Positions 26,780 through 47,672 of a DNA stretch of 64,000 bases are shown here, in pieces (the first letter of the stretch is position 1; every line of letters begins with the position of its first letter). The translations under genes were made by a program, and so were the position numbers. The notes below the pieces were generated by a model. That model saw only the letters and a list, made by a program, of their open reading frames with translations. It was not told the origin of the DNA and searched no databases. This DNA is from the human T2T-CHM13v2.0 reference genome, Homo sapiens, in the NCBI RefSeq assembly GCF_009914755.1, contig NC_060933.1, one strand, 5' to 3'.

Positions 26780-29700
26780 CACTCAGAGCCACCTGACCCC
26801 GGCCGCCTGGCCCCTGCTCTGCCCACTCGGCCCCCGTGCCGGGGCTTCCTGCCACCTGCCTCCTAGGGTCCCCTGGGACTCATGCATGAGAGCCTCACAC
26901 GTTGTACCAAAGGTGACTGTGTGCACGTGAATCCCTCATCAAGAACGAAGCAAAGATTTGAAGGGGGCGAGTGGGTGAGAAGGATCTGGGCCCATGGGAG
27001 AGGGAAAGGTCCTCCTCCCTCAAGCGCTTCCTCTTGGAATTAGCCAGAAAGCTGAGCCCACAAAACCGTGGGTTGCATAAGGCCTGACAACACCTGTTTT
27101 CCTTCTGATCAGCCAAGTAGGCCCTCTCCTGGGACCAGCTGCCCTGAGCCCAGACCCCGCAGAGGGTGGAGGGTTCTCCCCAGCCTCGGTCTCTCTCCCG
27201 GAGAGGGCTCAGACCCCCGCAGGCTCCCTTCCCCGCCTCTGGAAATCAGGGCCCTCCCTAGGCCTCTGGCTTTGCTTTTGCTTCTGTTAGTCTCTCCGAG
27301 GCTTCCTTCTGCCTTTTCTCTGCTCGACTCAACTCTCCAGGTGGAAATGCTGGCAGGCCCAGTGCGGCTGCTTCACAGATGACTCTTCTCAACCTGTGAC
27401 CTGCAGGGACCCATAAGCCTCTAGCAGAGGCCTCCGAGGGGCTGAGGCTCACAGGAGAGGGTGTGGGGAGCATGGAGGAGCCTTGGCTCCTGCCCTCAGG
27501 TGCTCCTGATGCAGGTGAGGGCTACGTGATCACAGAACAGGCCCCTCAGGTGGGCGCTGCACTGTTCCCGAGCTCCCACTGTCTGCAAGCACCCATAGCC
27601 AGCATAAGGGGGACAGATGGCTGCAGGAGGGGGGGGCCCACAAATTCCTGTTGTTAGGGGGCTTCATTCACATGGGGTGGGTTTGCCCCAGGCCTGAGAG
27701 GATGAATCGGATCCGACTCTGGTGGTCCTCCTGTCCACTCTCAGACTCCGTGGACAGCCCCTGGGCTAGGCAGGGTTCCTCTGCCCAAGGGGCAGCCTGG
27801 CCTGAAGGAGTTAATGTGGAGGTGGCTGGTGGCACCTGGCAAACCCCCCTCTGTGGGACACTGGATGCCGGTTTCCCCGAGTTCTGCTGGCTGCAGCTTC
27901 ATGTGGGAGACAGCAGCCCCCAGCCCATTGCCCCCCGAGGCAGCAGGTCTCGCAGCCCCACGGTTCTGACTCCGCTGCCTGGAGCCTGGCCCACCCGGCC
28001 TAGTGTGGGTGCAGAGGTCCGTGGGCTCACTGGGAGGGCCGAGTGTAGACCTGGGCATGGCAAGGGCCAGGGGGTGCCCAGAAGTTCCCAGCCCCAGCCT
28101 TCACCCCCAGGGTGACGCCTGCCACTCCCTGCACCTTCACCACCTGGCCTCTGAGTTCAGCTGCGCCCCTCGGGGGGCCAAGCCCATGTTACCTCAGTGG
28201 AGGGAGGCCGTGCCTGAGTGGCAGCAATAAGTGCCCTCGGGGGGTGCCCTGGGTGCCTCCTGTACTGAGCCCCAAGCAGCCACGGTGAGCAAAGGAGACC
28301 CTGCCCTGAGCACAGAGCCCGGCCCTGCGGGGGGACAGCCAGCCCACCACTGACCGCACAGCCACTCCACTGTGATGAAGGAAGGGGGACACGGAGAGCA
28401 CAGTATAAGCCCCCAGACTCTGAGTCGTCAGATGCTCCCAGGGGAGGGGAGATGACACTGAGCCCCAGAAGAGGGAGAGGTTTTAGGACGAAGGTGGGGT
28501 GGGAGGGAGGTGGGAGGGAAGCTGGCAGAAGGCAGCTTGTGCGCTCAGAGCCTCCTCCCTTAAGCGGGTCAGAATCCTCACTGCACAGGTCTCCCCCAAC
28601 ACCAGCACTGGGCTCGGCGGTGCCCTCTCTCCATTCTCCACCCAGAGGCGCTGCCCTCTGACCCCAGAGTCAGGCGACCTCGTTGCCAGCACGGCCGACG
28701 TGGTACAGCCCCTCGGGTTTTGGTTTCCTTGCCCAAAGTGTCTTTTGTTTTCTAATATGCCTTGTACTTATTGATTGATTGGTTGATTGAGCGCTACGAA
28801 AGCCCCTGAGTGGGCAGGCCTGGGTTTTATTACTGTTACCACTCTTCTACAATTTACTCAACGTGTGATCCCAATCAGGCAGGGCAATATTCCAGGATCG
28901 GCGCTGAGGACTGGTGGAATGAATTGTCTCTGCCATGGATTCCCGCGGCTTGGCCACTGAGTGTGGTTTTCGGGGCCTGTGGTTTCTGGGATCTGTGACT
29001 GCATCCTGGTCTGGGGGCCACTGTTTGGGCTGTCCCTGTGTCCTCCTTCTCGACAGTTGGATGGGGGGCTCATGCCTGGCATCTCGCGGGTCCCACCTGT
29101 CAGGTCATATCATCATCCTGACCAGGAAAAGGGCAGGAAGTGGAGAGGAGCGGGGCTGGGCTGTGCCGCCGCTGCGTGCTCACTCCCCTGTGACCGCACG
29201 CTGAGCCCACACCTAGTCCTCTGTTCTTCACCCCTCTCTGGCTCTGGGGCCCCAGACCCTTCGGGACCAGGGAGCTGTGTAGAGTGGGCACTGGGCTCCC
29301 TGCCCGGCCCCTGCCGAGCTCCTTCTAGGACCCGGTGCTGAGAGGGAGGATGTGGGTCTGTGGGGAGGTGGACTGGGATGGGCAGGAGTCCTGGCTGCCC
29401 CTTACCCGAGAGGAAAGAGCCATCGGAAAGCTTATGCTCTGGGTCCCACAGGATTTTCTTTTCTAAGAGCCTAGAGGGGTGTACTTGACATTGAATAAGC
29501 TACATGGCTTTGAAGTGCACAACTTGAGTAGTTTGACAGAGGATGCACCCGTGAAACCAGCACCACAATTGAGACAAGGAACAGATCTGTCACCCCCAGA
29601 AGCTTCCTCGTTGCAATCCCACCCACCCCCACCCGGCCCCACTTATCGTGTCCCCAGGCAACATCTGTGCTTTTCTCTGTCACTATAGCTTATTTTCCTA

Positions 29701-29823
29701 AGATTTTTTACGAGTGAAATCACATCCTATCCACTCTCTGCTGCCTGTCTTCCTCCCCCCGGCAGACCTATTTTAAGGGTCATGATGTTGTACTGTGCAC
29801 AGCAGTTTGTTTCCTTTCACTGT

Positions 29824-30016
29824 AGTCATACTCCGTGTGTGGATGGACCACAGCTGTGTATCCATTCAGCGGAGTCGTACCCCGTGTGTGGATGGACCAC
29901 AGCTGTGTATCCATTCAGCGGAGTCGTACCCCGTGGATGGATGGACCACAGCTGTGTATCCGATCAGCAGAGTCATACTCTGTGTGTGGATAGACCACAG
30001 CTATGTATCCATTCAG
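29824..30016. repeat. 49-bp tandem repeat, ~4 copies, arisen within L1M sequence
   Basis: GAGTCGTACCCCGTG at 29872 and 29921; GACCACAGCT occurs four times. Confidence 0.9.
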
Positions 30017-30165
30017 GTGTTGATGGACATTTAGGTTGCTTCCAGGTGGGGCCATGACAAACCAGGCTGCTATGAATCTCTGTGCACAGGTCTTTGTGTA
30101 GATATATGGTTTCATTTCTCTCGGGTTAATATCCAGGCTTGGAAATGGCTGGATTGTACGATAGG

Positions 30166-30515
30166 TGTATTAGCCCGTTCTCACACTGCTCGTAAAGATT
30201 GGGTAATTTATAAAGGAAAGAGGTTTAATGGACTCACAGTTCCACGTGGCTGGGGAGGCCTCACCATCATCGCAGAAGGCAAAGGAGGAACAAAGTCACA
30301 TCTCGCCGGGCAGCAGACAAGAGAGAGCGTGGTGCGGGGGAACTCCCCTTTATAAAACCATCAGATCTCGTGAGACTTGTTCACCATCACGAGAACAGCA
30401 CGAGAAGACCCGCCCTCGTGATTCAGTTACCTCCTACCGGGTCCCTCCCATGACACATGGGAATTATGGGAGCTACAATGTGAGATTTGGGTGGGGACAC
30501 AGCCAAACCATATCA
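30166..30515 (-). mobile_element. THE1 (MaLR) solo LTR
   Basis: Minus strand starts TGATATGGTTTGGCTGTGTCCCCACCCAAATCTC and ends TAATACA; retains TATAAA (30349-30354) and a GTGAGT donor (30232-30237). Confidence 0.9.
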
Positions 30516-31554
30516 GTGGGTATGTTTTTAACTTTTTCCAAATTGCAAAGCAGTTTTCCAAAAAGGCTGCACCGCTTAATCCAGCAGTGCAAGAGAAGCG
30601 GGTCCTCCACATCCTTGTCAGCACTGGGTACCGTCAGTCCTCTTAGGTTGAACCAATTTCACAGGGGTGTGGTGACGTCTCATCACGTTTTGTTCCCGTT
30701 TTCCTTATGACTGATGACGTTGAGCATCTTTTCATGGGCTTATTTGCTATATCCGCACATCTTCTTCAGTGAAGCATCCTTTCACATCGTGTGCCTGTTT
30801 TTTTTTAATTGGAGGGTTAGTTTTTTTTTTACTGAGTTTGAAGAGTTATCTCTGTGTTCCGAGTACCACCCCTTTATCAAATGTATGTGATGCATGAGAG
30901 CCTATTGCTGCTGTAAGATAATTACCACAAACTTAGAGGCTTACAATCACACAAAATTATTATTTTACAGTTGTGGAAGTCAGAAGCCTAAAATCAAGTT
31001 GTTGATAGGGCTGGGTTCCTTCTGGAGGCTTCTGGGGAGAATCTGCTTCGTTGTCTTTTCCAGCTTTTAGAGGCTGCTGCGTAACAACTCATGGCCCCTC
31101 CCTTCATCTGCAAAGAGTATGTCTCCAATCTTGGCTTCTGTCCTCATTGCCTCCTTTTCCTCCCTGACCCTAACTCTACTGCTCCCCATTTAGAAGGACC
31201 CTTGGGATTACACCAGGCCCACTCAGAGAGGCCAGGATCATCTCCCCGTGTCACGACCCTTCATCTCATTTGCATTTTGCCATGTATGGTTGATGGCCTT
31301 GGGGGCCATTCTTCAGCCTACAACATATGATTTGCAAATATATTCTCTGAGTCTGTGGCTAGGAAGAGTCGACGATGTTAAGCTGCCTATTCTCCTGACA
31401 TTGATCTGCAGATGCAATGCAGTCTAAATGAAAATCCCAGCAGCCCTGGGTACAAATCAGCTTCAATTTGTAATAAAACAGAGCTGCTGGGATTTTCATT
31501 TGAACTGTGGCTTTCTTTTTATTCCCTTAACACAGTCTTTTAAACGGCAGAACT

Positions 31555-31897
31555 TTTTTTTTGTTTGTTTGTTTTTTGTTTTTTGGTTTTTTTTGTTTTT
31601 TTTTTTTTTGATATAGGATCTTGCTCTGTCACCCAGGGTGGAGTGCTGTGGCCCAATCTTAGCTCACTGCAACCTCCACCTCCCGGGTTCAAGTGATGCT
31701 CATGCCTCAGCTTCCTAAGTAGTTGGCAGTAGTTACACGTGTGTGCCACCACACTCGGCTAATTTTTTGTATTTTAAATAGAGACAGGGTTTCACCGTGT
31801 TGGCCAGGCTGGTCTCAAACTCTTGGCCTCAAGTGATTTGCCCAGCTTGGCCTCCCAAAGTCCTGGGAGTACAGTTAGGAGCCACTGTGCCCAGCCC
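31555..31897 (-). mobile_element. Alu (AluJ-like)
   Basis: Diverged antisense Alu with a long T-rich tail. Confidence 0.88.
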
Positions 31898-34056
31898 AAA
31901 CAACAGAATATTTTAATTTTGATACAATCCGTTAATCAATATTTTGCTTTTGGAGATTATGCTTTTAGTATCCTATCCAAGAAATCATTGCCTAATTCCA
32001 ATGTTTTCTTCTGGAAGTTTTATACTTTTCTATTTCCCACTGAGAGCTATGATCTATTTCAAATTCATTTTTCTATATAGTGTGAGGTAGGGACCAATGT
32101 TCTTTTTGTTACATATTCAATTAGTCCAGCACCACTTAATGAAAAGTCTAGCTTTTCTCCACTACATTTCCTTTGTGCTTTTATCAAATATCAATTTCCA
32201 CATCCATGTAGGTCTATTTCTAAAATCTCTATTCTGTGTCATTGTTCTATTTGTCTGCTTTTACATCCAAACAACTATTTTCTTGATAGTGATGCTTTAT
32301 AATAATTCTTGAAATTAGGTAGTATTGACCTCCCAAATTTGTTTTTTTTAAAAGATGTTTTGGTATTCTACATCCTGTGTTTTTCCATATAAATTTTAGA
32401 ATCAACTTCAATTTGCATTAAAAAGCTGCTGGGATTTTTGTTTGGCCTGTGTTGCATCTGCAGATCAATTTGGGGAGAATAGGCAGCTTAACATTATTGA
32501 ATATTCCTATCCATGAACTAGGTATAATCTCTCATTTACTTAGATCTTTAATTTTGTCCAACAATATCTTGTAGTTTTCTGAATAGGTCTTAAACATATT
32601 TGATTGGATTTATCCATAAGTATTGTATATTTTCAATGCTATGGTAAATGGTGTTTTAATTTATTTCTAATTATTCATTGGTGATTTGAAAAAAACAACG
32701 GATTTTATATATTGAAGTTATATACTACAACCTTGCTAAACTCACTTTGTAGTTCTAGTAGATTTTTCAGATTTGATCAGATTTTCTACAGAATCATGTC
32801 ATGTGTTAAATAAAAAAAGACAGTCTACTTCTTCCTTTCCTAATATGCATGACTTCTTTTTCTTGCCAGTGACACTGACTAGGACCTCTAGTACCTTGCT
32901 GAGTAGAAATGGTGGGAGTGGACACCTTCTCTTGCTCTTGGTTGTTCTAATTGCATTCATTCAGTCTTGTACCATTCAACGTGATGTGAACTGTGGGTTT
33001 TTTGTGGATGCCCTTGAGCAAGCTTCCTTCCGTGGTAGACAGGCCCCAGGGTGTTCCCCAGGATCCTTGCACCTCACTGCTCACAGCCCCACTGGTCCCC
33101 ACCCCCCTTGAGTGTAGAGAGAATCTATGATTTGCTTCTAACCAAGAGTACAGCAAAGAGGAAGCTGTGTATGTGATTATGTGCACGTGACTATTGCATA
33201 AAATGGTAGCTCCCATCTTGCTGGTCTTGTTGCATTCTCTCACTCCCTTGTTGGTTTTGAAGAAGGAAGTGGCCATTTGGGGAACCCCATGGGACAGGAA
33301 TTGTGGGTAGTCTTTAGGAATAAAGGGCATCTTCCAACCAAAAACCAGCAAGAAAATGTATCCCTCAATTCCTATTAATACAATGACAAGGGTTTGCAGT
33401 CTGCCCCTAAACTGAACCAGCTTAAAAACAGACCACTCCCCAGTTGAACCACGGATGAGACTATAGCCCTGTCTGATACCTCAATTGTTGCTTTTGAGAC
33501 CTTAGCAGAGAACCCCAATAAACTGTGCATGGACTCCTGACCCACAAAAACTATAAGATAATAAACAGGTGCTATTTTAAGCTGCTAAGATGTGGTAATT
33601 TGTTACACAATGATAGAAAATGAATACTTTTTATTCTACATTTTTGGAGAGCCTTTTTCATCTGGAATGGATGAAAATGTTCAAATCTTTTTCTGTTTCT
33701 TTTGAGATGATAGTATATCATTTTTAATTTGGTAAGCTAGAGAATTACATTGATTTTTAAGAGGTAAACAAACATTCTATTCCTGGGCTAAACCTCACTT
33801 GCTCATGATACATTATTTTCATAGACAGGTTCAGTTTGCTAAAATTTTGCTTAAAATTGTGGTATCTATGTTCATGAGGGCTATCAGTCTATAGTTATTT
33901 TTTTCTTGCAATGATTTTTATCTACTTTTGCTATTGGGGAAATGCTGGCCTCATAGAATGAATGATAAAGTAGTTGTAACTTTCTGATTTTCAGAAGGAA
34001 TGTGGGAAGAATTGCTATTATTTCTTCCTTAAATGTTTGGTAGATTTCATCAGTGA

Positions 34057-34540
<484 letters not shown>

Positions 34541-35506
34541 GTTGTTTGACTTATCATATTTCTTGAGTGACTTTGGTGGTTCAAAGAAATTGTCCATTTC
34601 ATTTCCACTGTTGAATATGTTGGTGCTAAAGTGTCTTAATATCTCCTTATATTCCTCATAATATCTGTAGAATATGTAGTGAGGTCATTGATCTCTTCCT
34701 AATAGTGATATTTTGCATTCTCCCTCTTTTTTCTCTTTTCTTCAGTCTGACTAGAGGTTTATAAATTTTATTTACCTTCTCAAAGAATCAGCTTCAGGTT
34801 GTACTGATTTTCTGCACTTGTTCATTATTATTCATTCTCTTTTTTCTACTTTGGATTTAATTTACTCTTGTTTTTCTAGTTTCTTGAGACGGAAGCAGAG
34901 GCTGTTGACCTGAGACCTTTCTTCCTTTTTAGTGAACATTTCACACTGTAATTTGCCTCCCAAGGAGTGCTTTAGGAACACCATGCAAACTGTATTTTAC
35001 TGCCTTTTTGTTTTCATTCAATTCAAAATTCTTTCTAATTTCTCCTTTGGCCTCTTCTATTTCCTATATCTTATTTAGAAGAATGTTATTTAGTATCCAA
35101 ATATTTGGGAGGATTTTCTAGACACCTTTCTTTTCTTGATTTCTAATTAATTCCATTGTTGTCCGAGAACATACTTTGTATGGCTTGAATCTGTAGAAGG
35201 TTGTTATTTTAGTGGCCACGTTAGAATTTGTAGTAAATCTCTTCCATGATCACAGTTTACCTTCCGGCAACATGAAGCCACTGCTGTCTGCTACAAGAGT
35301 CTCATGGCCGTGTTCTCCATTTCTCTCCTCCTGGCCTTTGTGAGATGGTGGTCATGTTAGAGACCTCACAGATGGGATCCATGCCTGCCTGGTCTGTCTC
35401 CTGTGTACAGCATCACCTGTCCTAGAACAGCCGGCACCCTGAGGGTGGAGACCTGGGCTGAGGCACAGAGGTAGCTTGTGTGGGAGGGAAACTTCTGGAA
35501 GGGGGA

Positions 35507-35920
35507 TGTGATGGTTAATACTGAGTGTCAACTTGATTGGATTGAAGGATGCTAAGTATTGATCCTGGGTGTTTCTGAGAGGATGCTGCCAAAGGAGATG
35601 AACATTTGAGTCAGTGGGCTGGGGAAGGCAGACCCACCCTCAGTCTGGTGGGCACCATCTCATCAGCTGTCAGTGAATAAAAAGCAGGCAGAAAAATGTG
35701 AAAAAGCGAGATGGGCCTAGCCTCCCAGCCTACATCTTTCTCCTGTGCTGGATCCTTCCTGCCCTCGAACATCAGACTCCGAGTTCTTCAGTTTTGAGAC
35801 TCAGATTGGGTCTCCTTGCTCCTCAGCTTGCACACAGCCTATTGTGATCCTGTAAGTTAATACTTAATAAACTCCCCTTTATATATGCCTATCCTATTAG
35901 TTCTGTCCCTGATTAATACA
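35507..35920. mobile_element. MLT2A-like ERVL LTR
   Basis: Starts TGTGATGGTTAATACTGAGTGTCAACTTGATTGG and ends TAATACA. Confidence 0.85.
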
Positions 35921-36230
35921 GGGGGGTAGAAAAGGCCCTAGTTGGGACCCGAGGAACTAGGGCTGGAAGCCAGCTCAGCCATGAACTGGCCATGTGCCTT
36001 GCGGGAACTTCTGCCCTTCTCTGAGCCTCAGCCTCCTTGCCCGTAACAAGTGACATGACCCCTGGAAGCACCCCTGACCAACATTTACACTGGTGCCTGT
36101 GAGGGCTTTGGTTTTTGTGTGTTATCATCTGTGGGCAATTTTGAGTTCACCAAAGACTTTTCAGGTCTTCCTTTGCTTTCTAAAACGAATTCAAATTTAA
36201 TTATGTCCATTTATTAAAAATCTTACTTTA

Positions 36231-36524
<294 letters not shown>

Positions 36525-38451
36525 GTGTACTTTAAAAGCTGCATTCTGCCTTCATTTTAAAAGTGTGACTTATAAACCTTATTATTCTATCTTTTAATAA
36601 CCACCTATAAGGAGCCTGTGAATAATTCTTGGTCCATTCCTTAACTTAGCCAACTAAACACCTTCAAACATTGTTACTGCATTTATACATTTAATAGAAC
36701 CACATTTATCCTTTAGTACCTTGTCTAACTTTAAAAAATCCTTCTGAATATGAACTGCTAGAAATGTAATCATTTAAATTCAGCATGTGATAAACTCAGA
36801 GTTCCAATAAAGTGATTCAATAGTTTATATGAATTCGGTAAGTTTTCCGCATAAATGCACTCTGCCAAATCAATTACTCAATTGGCCATTTTCTGTTGAA
36901 GTTATCCTGCACCCACTCCAATAGGCCAGATTCTCTTGATTATTGCAAGTACTTTAAATAGCATATTTTTTTAGATTTCTGAACACTAAAATATTAATAT
37001 AATGTCTTTGGGCTTTTAAAGCCTTCTAGACTTAATTTTAAGTCATCTAGGTTTGAAAGATGCTTCTATTAGGAAGGACAAATAGCATGCAGTAAAGGAA
37101 CCTGCCTAAGGACTCGGAATTTTGGCTGCTGGGGTTTCACTGGGCAGCTCTGGGGACCTGGCTCCTCTGCAGGTGACTTCAGGACTTTGAGGAAGATGCC
37201 CCCAAGCCATCTTTCTAGGTTCCATATCTGCATCTCCATGGAGCCTGTGTCTTCCCCAGGTTCATCCCTGGACCTCATCTGCATCTGGCATAGCCTTAAT
37301 TAAGTCTTGAGAGGTCTGCCCTAAACACCACGGAACCCGAGGGGGGTCTTAACTAGTCATAGTCTCAGGACCACACATCTCCATGGGCATTGAAGGAAAA
37401 TCCGATGGGATTTTGTTTCTCGCGTGGCTTTGCTGGGCTGGGGTCACAGTTTAAAATCCTTCTACTGATCTTGCCAAGGAAGAAGGCACCTCGGCATCCC
37501 GATGGCAGCAGGTGGCAGGGTGCGGTGGTGGTAGTGGGAGGTGCAGTGCTGGTTCCGTCTCTGGGGGCTTTAGGTATACGGCCTCTGGGGCCCCACCTGC
37601 TACTGTCTCTGTCTCTAACCTGGCTCAGTCCAAGGCGAGAGTGCACCTTCAGGCCAGCTCTTCTCCAAAAGGCGAACACAACCACTGAAGTAAGTCCACA
37701 GCCATCCTACAGGTGGGATGTCTGGCCTCAGGGCTCAGGGGGTTCCCTGGGCCCTAGGAGTGAAATTCACCTACTCTCATCCTCCCTACAGGCTAAGCCC
37801 CTGCATTCACACTCAAGGTCTCCCCTTCAGATGTGTACCTGGGTCATAGTCCCCCAGGCTCCCCACTCTTCTCTCCTTTCCCTCCTGTTCGTGTGCCCCT
37901 GTGCTCTACATACTGCCCCAGGAAACAGTGGACACACACGCATTTTCCTCTCCTTTTCACCCTGGCAGCCTGCCTGGACCTCATAGTGGCAGTTTCCAAG
38001 CCTCCTGAGGAGAGTCCCAAGTCTGCTCATGATGTGGTGAGGGTTACTGTGTAAGGCCCACACCAGTGGCCCATGACCAGCCCTGGCCATGAGGACTCTA
38101 GGTATTCGGATAAGGGAGAGAGACCTCTTTGAAGCAGAACATCTTTAGCAAACCCTTCCTTGTTCCCCGTTCTCAGCTCATGGTGACATCTGCTCACCGC
38201 TGAACAAAGGTGGGAGGATGGGCCTGGGCTCTTTGCCCAAGGCCACAAGCAAGTCAGCCTGTTCCCTGGAAGGAGACCGTCCCCCTGCAGGGATGACAGT
38301 CGCCATGGGATCCCCAAGGGGCGGGGGGTAGGGAGCAGCCCTGGAGATGATCTCGCACCTCCTGCTGGCGTCACCAAGCCCGCGGAGAGGAAGCGGCTGT
38401 CACTCGGAAGATGAGAAATTGGAGTCTGAGGGAGGCTGGCTTCTCTAGCCC

Positions 38452-45086
<6,635 letters not shown>

Positions 45087-47672
45087 CCCAGGCCGGCCTC
45101 AGGGTCAGGACGCCTCCACACATAGTTGGTGGGGGGGTAGGGTTGGGAGCTTGGCCCTACGGTTTGTAAAAGAAACACATGTCGTGATTCTAAATTGGGT
45201 TTGTCTTGCTGTGCGGAAGAGGTTCAAATCCAGCTCTGTTTCCGCAATCAACCCTTTCAGATTTGTGACATTAACTCACCTCAAACCTCTGTCTTTCCTT
45301 GACAATGAGTAAGAATGTGTTCCTGACCATGCCAGCAGGAACCTTCCTTAAGGACAAATACAAGACTTTGAAGCTGCGATGGGCTCAGAGTGCAGCCCTG
45401 CTCAGGTCCCTGGGCAGGCTAAACGCCTTCCTGGGGCTCGACCATCTGGGCTTCTCTGTGAGCTGGATGGCAGGGAAGTCAGAAGGCACATTGGAGAGGA
45501 AGTTTCTCTTGCACTCAGAGATGCCGTTGCCTGTCCAAGGCCCCCAGCCTCGTAGCCGCAGCTCTGCTCACTCTCCCCCGTCACCCAGGCTTCCTGCCGC
45601 CTGCTGTCCTGGGTATTCGTGGGATCTGCTCGCTACTTCCTCACAAGCCGAAGCAAGAGTGGCAGTGTGCCTGTGACTCCCTCATCAAAACGGAGAGAGC
45701 GGTTACATGAGGCAGGTGTGAGGGACCCGAGCACTCCTGAGGAGGGAAGAACACTCCTCTTGGCCATGAGTGTCCATCCCAAAGCTGCCCTGCAGCCTAG
45801 CCCAGTGCAGATTGAATCAGAAAGCCAAAGCCCCTTCCACCCGCTTCTCTCAGGCAAGCTGCCTGCAAGAGAGAAAAGTGTATTAGTGCAGGAGCTTGTG
45901 TCTGCTGAGGATGGCACCTGGCCCTCTCCTCTCACCACATCCGGGTCCTCCTGAGGACCGGTCCCCTGTCCCCGGTCCCCAGCCAGCTCAGCCTGACCAG
46001 GCTTTTAGAGGCTCCGCACCCCAGCATCGGCCAGTGCTGACCCTTGTATGGCTGTTTGGGTCCCCGATCACTCTCATAACAGCCCTGCCCTTGTCCTATG
46101 CCCTCTACTCAGAGAGGATCCAGAAGGGTCCAAGGAGGCCATGATCCCTCCCTGAGCTTTTTCACGCGGGCCCCCTCCTTCCCCTACGAGGGTCCGTCCT
46201 GGGTCTTAGCTGGTCTAAGCCCTACACAAGTCATGGAGAGGGCTGTGTGTCTGGGACTTCTCGGGGGAGAGTGCACTGTTTCCTCTGAGTTCCTGGAGGG
46301 GGTGCGCCATGAAGATCAGGACACAGCCATCTTCACCTTCCCTCCTCACTCTGGGTCCGAGGCCTGGGATGAGCCAGGACAGCGGGAAGCAGGGGTGGCC
46401 CTGGGCGTGGCCCTTCCTTCCTTCCTGGGCCCGCAGGAGGGGGCCACACCACCCACCCAGGGGGCTGACCCGTCCTCAGGACAGAAACTAGCAAGCTGTC
46501 AAACCTGAGGGTTTATAACTAAATGACGGGGTGCTGCCCCTGGAAATTACACCCAGACATCTCTTTTCTCGTAGACCTGGGCCCCTAGCTTTTAGACAGG
46601 ATGACAAATCACTGACAGGTGCTGACTTTACATGCACTGTGGCCTCATGCTTCAGCCATTCACTGCCAGGCAGTCTTCTAGGGCAGCAAAGAGCTCAGCC
46701 ACACAGCCCGGGCCACAGTCAGGATGAGACCTGGCGTTAGACCTCCCCTCAGCGCCGCTCACCCCCCATTCTGGGCATTTCAATCTCCAACAGGAGATTT
46801 AAATGAAGAAAACACGCACCTCACACAGCTGTAAAGGGAGGAACTGGGAATTTCTCCCAAATCTTGACCCTTGAGTTCTAGAAATGGGGTTCTCCCTGGA
46901 ATGCATGATGGCATTATTCTGGAAGGCAAAAATAAAGCTATTTAATATAGAAATGTTTTTAGCCTGACAAGCCAGAGATTTTTAAAAATATTGTTTTTTT
47001 AAATTTTCTTAATTGAGAGATGAGCTAAAAAGTAACCTTTTCTAAATATTTAATGTAGCTTTGCTATACTTTATAAATACTGTCAAGCTTTGGGGAGGGT
47101 TTGTTGGGATAAGAAAAAGTACTTATAAAAATGCAGTCAGTATGTCAGGAGGCTGGCGTAATTAACACAGCACAGGGAGGTCATGGAGGCTTGTGTAATT
47201 AACCTAACATAACATAAATGTATTTGCATGACACGTGCATCGCATGTGCATACGTGTGTGTGTGTGTGCACCTGCGGGGCCTCTGGGAGGTATAACTGAG
47301 GCAGGCATCGGAAGGGCTCTGTAGGACCAGCTGGTACTGGGTGGGCACCTGGGAGCCGCAGGTGCCTGCTTCTCCCATCCCCTGAAAGACTTGGCTCCTT
47401 CAGGCCACCAGTGCTGCCTCAGGGTGTCTGGCTCCCCTCCAGAGCAGGGGGCTGAGCCAGGTTGGAGCCTAGGCCAAGGCCAAGAGTGTCCCCAGGGCTG
47501 GGCTGTCCCTGTCCCTCTGCTGGGGACCGCTGCCTCCCTTCCTGCTCTTCAGAGGTCTCACGCCTCTGCTGTCGGGAGGGCTGGAAGAAGGGGCAGCAGC
47601 TGGCAGGGGGCCTGTGCCCACTAGACCCTAGATTCTTAACTGTAACTGTGGTTTCTGTGGCCAGGCTGGGGG

